This document shows, one piece after another, positions 60,277 through 64,000 of a stretch of DNA of 64,000 nucleotides. Below the pieces are notes generated by a model. It saw only the letters and a program-made list of their open reading frames with translations, ran no database searches and was not told the origin of the DNA. Position 1 is the stretch's first letter. Every line of letters starts with the position of its first letter. The translations under genes and the position numbers were made by a program. The stretch is from Deltaproteobacteria bacterium (GTDB lineage Bacteria; Myxococcota_A; Polyangia; Fen-1088): positions 224,001 through 288,000 of the forward strand of contig JANRKS010000002.1 of assembly GCA_033763315.1 (NCBI GenBank), written 5' to 3'.

Positions 60277-61236
60277 ATGTTCTTTGTGGCGCCAGCGTTG
60301 TTGGTGGCCGCCGTGGTGGTGTGGCGCAAATCGTGGCCGGCCTCACCTCGCCGTCGAATGTGGGCGATCATCACAGCCGCTGCGTTTTTGCTCTGGCCGC
60401 TTTTGGCCAAGCCCTTGCCCTGGGCTTATGGGCCACTGAATGCAGGTCTGTCGCTGGCCATGGCGATCAAGGTGGTCGATGTTCAGCAAGGCCGCGTGCG
60501 GCCCGACACGTTGGCCAGCTGGTGGCGGTTTGTGGTGTGGTTCATCGTGCCGCCGGACACGCATTTCGCCAACGACGCAGCAGATCGCGCACGGATGCGA
60601 CGGGCTGGAATCCGTCGCTGGGGTCGAGGTGTTGTGAAGGCGGTGTGCCTCTTGGTGCTGCTTTGGTTCGACGCACGCCACGCGTGGCCGTGGCCCTTGC
60701 GAGCGTGGGCGGATGCGTTCGGCATCTATTTCATGGTGTCGGGACTGGCCGACTTCGTAACCGGCACAACCTCGCTGTGCGGCTTCGCTACGCAAGAGGT
60801 GTTCGCCGCGCCGTTTCTTTCACGCTCGCCCGGTGAATTTTGGGGCCAGCGTTGGAACTTGTTCGTGAACCACTTCTTCCGGCGCCACGTGTTTATGCCG
60901 CTCATCAAGCGCGGTGTGTTCCGCGCCGCCGCTGTGGTGTTCTTGCTCAGCGGCCTGGCGCATGAGTACTTCGTGCTGGTGTGCGTGCCAACGCAGGCGT
61001 TTTTGCCTGGCTACATGACCGCCTTCTTCGTGGTGCAAGGCCTGGCGGTGATGGCGGGAACGTGGTGGCGCGCGCATCACGCGCGGTTTGCGCCCGCGCC
61101 CTTCAAAGTGGCTATGCACTTCGCGTGGATGGCCTGCACCGTGTGGTTGTTCGTGCGGCCCATCGATCCTGTGATCACGGCCTTTGAATCGTTCGTGCGG
61201 TCACTCGTGTTCGGTCCGTGGCTCAAGTTTCTTTGA
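60277..61236 (+). CDS. MBOAT/wax-synthase-like membrane acyltransferase
   Basis: PFLSRSPGEFWGQRWN, FLLSGLAHEY. Confidence 0.85.
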   Translation: MFFVAPALLVAAVVVWRKSWPASPRRRMWAIITAAAFLLWPLLAKPLPWAYGPLNAGLSLAMAIKVVDVQQGRVRPDTLASWWRFVVWFIVPPDTHFANDAADRARMRRAGIRRWGRGVVKAVCLLVLLWFDARHAWPWPLRAWADAFGIYFMVSGLADFVTGTTSLCGFATQEVFAAPFLSRSPGEFWGQRWNLFVNHFFRRHVFMPLIKRGVFRAAAVVFLLSGLAHEYFVLVCVPTQAFLPGYMTAFFVVQGLAVMAGTWWRAHHARFAPAPFKVAMHFAWMACTVWLFVRPIDPVITAFESFVRSLVFGPWLKFL

Positions 61237-62026
61237 AGGCGCTGGGGCAGTGGGGCACCAGCGGGCAATGTTCGCAATCGGGCTTGCGGGCAAAGCACAT
61301 GCGGCGGCCGTGGTAGATCAACAAGTGAGGCAGCTCGATCCACTTTTTCTGTGGCACCACTTGCATCAGATCCTGTTCGATCTTCTCGGGCGTGGTGTTG
61401 CGGGTTAACCCCAATCGCATGGATAACCGCTGCACGTGCGTGTCCACCACAACGCCCACCGCCACACCATAGGCCGTGCCCAAGACCACGTTCGCTGTCT
61501 TACGGGCCACGCCTTTGAGGCTTAACAATTCGTCCACGGTCTTCGGCACCGCGCCGCCGAAGCGTTCTTGCAGCAGCTTTGACGTGGCCAACAAAGACTT
61601 CGTCTTCTGCCTGTAAAAGCCGGTGGATTTGATGATGTCTTCGAGGACCTCGGGTGGCGCCGCGGCCATGTCCGCGGGCGTGGGGAAGGTCGCGAATAGA
61701 TGCGGGGTCACCTTATTGACCCGTTCGTCGGTGCATTGTGCCGAGAGGATCGTCGCGCACAGGAGCTCGAAAGCGTTCTTATGATGCAGCTCGCACTCAG
61801 CGTTGGGGTAAAGCTTTTCAAGCCCCTTGAGCAACGCCGTTACGCGTGGCGCTTCGGGCGGCCAGGGGCTTTTGACCGGCTTGCGGTTTGCTTTCGTGAT
61901 GGGCCCTGCTGGCTTGCGTCCGCCTCTGGCCGCCACCTTCGCAGGTGAAGGCGGTTTGCTCGACTTCAGCCGCTGGGGCGTTTGCGGAGCGGTGGGGACC
62001 AACGGCGTCTTTTTTGCGGCGGGCAT
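61223..62026 (-). CDS. nth: Endonuclease III
   Basis: LSAQCTDERVN, GVARKTANVV, VDTHV, CFARKPDCEHCPLVPHC. Confidence 0.95.
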   Translation of the reverse strand: MPAAKKTPLVPTAPQTPQRLKSSKPPSPAKVAARGGRKPAGPITKANRKPVKSPWPPEAPRVTALLKGLEKLYPNAECELHHKNAFELLCATILSAQCTDERVNKVTPHLFATFPTPADMAAAPPEVLEDIIKSTGFYRQKTKSLLATSKLLQERFGGAVPKTVDELLSLKGVARKTANVVLGTAYGVAVGVVVDTHVQRLSMRLGLTRNTTPEKIEQDLMQVVPQKKWIELPHLLIYHGRRMCFARKPDCEHCPLVPHCPSAFKET

Positions 62027-62105
62027 GCGGCGGGCAGGGTCTTAGCACGCGGTCGCTTCGGCGGCCGGCAGCGCGGGCGCGCGCCAGGTGATGTAAAGTA
62101 TCGGC

Positions 62106-62456
62106 GTGGACGAGACACCTGAAGAGTTGGAACGCCTGCGCGACGAGGCCGATGGCATTGACGTGAACCGGTACCGCCGCAAGCGCCGTGCGATCTATGG
62201 CCTGATCGTGGGCTCGCTGGCAGCGGCGGCGGTGTGGGGTGTGCTTGAAATGGTGGACCAGCGGCGCAACCCCTGCCAACGCGTTCATGATTACTATTGC
62301 CACCACGATCCCGCGTCGCTCAACTGCACGACATATAAGGGTATCTTAAAAGAATCCGAAGCCGACGGCAGCGTTGCCATGCGACGGAACATCAAGCATC
62401 AGTGCGAACGTAAGATCGAACGGCTCAAGAGCGACGACGGCATCAACGTGCCGTAG
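62106..62456 (+). CDS. Hypothetical membrane protein with a Cys-rich periplasmic part
   Basis: One TM followed by NPC...YC...NC...QC. Confidence 0.6.
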   Translation: MDETPEELERLRDEADGIDVNRYRRKRRAIYGLIVGSLAAAAVWGVLEMVDQRRNPCQRVHDYYCHHDPASLNCTTYKGILKESEADGSVAMRRNIKHQCERKIERLKSDDGINVP

Positions 62457-62460
62457 CGGC

Positions 62461-63837
62461 TCACGGAAAGATCTTGCCGGGGTTCATCAATCCCATTGGA
62501 TCGAACGCGGCCTTCAGGCGCTTTTGCAGCGCGATCAAACCGGGGCTTTGCTCCCACGGCATGTAACGTGATTTTGCGATGCCGATGCCGTGCTCGCCCG
62601 ACAGCGTGCCGCCCATCGCCAGCGTTTCGCGAAACACATCGTCAATCGCTGCGTCGATGCGGGCCCTCACCGCCGGATCGCGGCTGTCTTCATCGGAAAG
62701 AACATTGACGTGCAAGTTGCCATCACCTGCGTGGCCATAGGCCGCGATCGTGATGCCGTGCTTGCCGCCCACCGCGTAGAGGCGTTCAAGCGCCTCGGGG
62801 ATTTTCGATAGCGGCACCACCACGTCTTCCGATAGCTTGAATTTGAAGGCGGCCGTCAGGCTGCGCGAAGCCATCCGTCGCGTTTGCCAGATGCGCTCTC
62901 GGTCCTGATCGTCGCGAGCCACCAAAACATCTTCGGCCTCGAACGATTCGAACAAAGCACCCGTGCGTTCAAGTTGCGTCGCCACTGTGTCGGCGTCGCC
63001 ATCAAGCTCCACCAAAACGGCGGCGCCAGCGTTGAGCGGCAACTTATAGGGCGCCTTGTCGCGCACGTGGCTCAACGTCACCTTATCCAAAAGCTCAACG
63101 GCCCGCGGACGTGCGCCTTGTCTCAACAAAGCACTGATCGCGCGGCCGGCGACGACCGCGTTCGGCATGACGGCCAACAGCAGCCCTGTGGCCTCTGGCC
63201 TGCCGATCAACTTGACCGTGAGCTCCGTGGCCACACCGAACGTGCCCTCCGAACCAACGAACGCGCCCACCAGATCGTAGCCCGTAACGCCTTTTTGCGT
63301 GCGCCGGCCCATAAACAGCGATTCGCCATCTGGCAGAACCACGTTGAGCCCCAACGTCCAATCCCGAGTCACGCCATATTTGAATGCGCGCGGGCCGCCG
63401 GCGTTGGCCGCAACGTTGCCGCCCATGCTGCACATCGAAAGGCTAGCTGGATCAGGCGCGTAAAACAGACCTTCGGCTTCGACGGCCGTTTGCAGATCGG
63501 CGGTGATGACGCCCGGCTCAAGCACCGCTGTGAGATCGCCCGCATCAATCGACTTGATGGCGCGCATGCGTTCTGTGGAAAGGACGATGCCACCGCGGAC
63601 GGGCAGGGCGCCGCCAGTTTTCCCGGTGCCCGCACCCCGCGGTGTCACGGGGACCTTGTGTTCCGCCGCCAACCGCAAGACCAACTGCACCTCCTCGGTG
63701 CTCGTGCACAATACGGCAGCGTCAGGCGGATAGGCTCCTAAACCAGACTCGTCCTTCGCGTACGTATCGAGCGCGTCTTCATCGCGGATCACCCGATGGT
63801 CGCCCAGTTCACGCGTGAGTCGGTCGTAGATGTTCAT
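62461..63837 (-). CDS. FAD-linked oxidase, GlcD/D-lactate dehydrogenase-like
   Basis: PRGAGTG, PDPAS, GSEGTFG, GHAGDGNLH, GEHGIG, MNPGKIF. Confidence 0.92.
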   Translation of the reverse strand: MNIYDRLTRELGDHRVIRDEDALDTYAKDESGLGAYPPDAAVLCTSTEEVQLVLRLAAEHKVPVTPRGAGTGKTGGALPVRGGIVLSTERMRAIKSIDAGDLTAVLEPGVITADLQTAVEAEGLFYAPDPASLSMCSMGGNVAANAGGPRAFKYGVTRDWTLGLNVVLPDGESLFMGRRTQKGVTGYDLVGAFVGSEGTFGVATELTVKLIGRPEATGLLLAVMPNAVVAGRAISALLRQGARPRAVELLDKVTLSHVRDKAPYKLPLNAGAAVLVELDGDADTVATQLERTGALFESFEAEDVLVARDDQDRERIWQTRRMASRSLTAAFKFKLSEDVVVPLSKIPEALERLYAVGGKHGITIAAYGHAGDGNLHVNVLSDEDSRDPAVRARIDAAIDDVFRETLAMGGTLSGEHGIGIAKSRYMPWEQSPGLIALQKRLKAAFDPMGLMNPGKIFP

Positions 63838-63852
63838 GGCGTTACCCGTAAC

Positions 63853-63889
63853 GAAAAACCGCCGCGCGAGCGTTAACCCGGGCGGCGGT
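63853..63889 (-). terminator. Probable intrinsic terminator after the IscA/ErpA gene
   Basis: Minus strand ACCGCCGC...GCGGCGGT followed by TTTT. Confidence 0.5.
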
Positions 63890-63931
63890 CAATATGATGC
63901 ACCGAATGCACCAAGATCCAAGGGATCCGTT

Positions 63932-64000
63932 TTAGGCGGAGAACGAACTGCCGCAGCCGCAGGTGCTCTTCACATTCGGATTCTGGAACTTAAAGCCCGC
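63932..64000 (-). CDS. A-type Fe-S carrier (HesB/IscA/ErpA), 3' end
   Basis: Hand translation AGFKFQNPNVKSTCGCGSSFSA*. Confidence 0.9.
   Translation of the reverse strand, partial: AGFKFQNPNVKSTCGCGSSFSA

Overview
The window looks like a high-GC Myxococcota/Polyangia-like chromosome (pilB-pilT-pilC-pilS order, deltaproteobacterial-type RpoZ, many lipoproteins with Asp/Gly/Ala-rich tails); this taxonomy is inferred. It has two parts. (1) Positions 1-24320 are an integrated accessory island abutting the 3' end of tRNA-Gly(CCC), with a tyrosine integrase; its far end lies beyond the left edge. It carries a MerR/MerC-like metal module, LysR/SRPBCC genes, three XRE regulators and lipoproteins. 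It also has two nested IS21-family elements, both with inverted repeats and target-site duplications visible, which split a reconstructable gene. The best candidate for a new system is a compact bacterial ubiquitination-like operon: a Ubl-Ubl-E2 polyprotein in which each Ubl ends in the same SSPPADYG motif, then a JAB-E1 fusion with no obvious catalytic Cys, downstream of a large unknown protein with a C-terminal winged-helix-like domain. (2) Positions 24321-64000 are mostly core genome: type IV pilus genes, an rRNA methyltransferase, rpoZ, panD, a chemotaxis cluster with a CheR-CheD fusion, tRNA-Leu(CAA), a DHH phosphoesterase, ppx/gppA, tolQRAB, a TPP riboswitch-thiC, a KamA-family radical SAM enzyme, nth, a GlcD-like oxidase and the end of an IscA/ErpA gene. 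No CRISPR array or rRNA was seen. All family assignments come from motif recognition by eye, not database searches.
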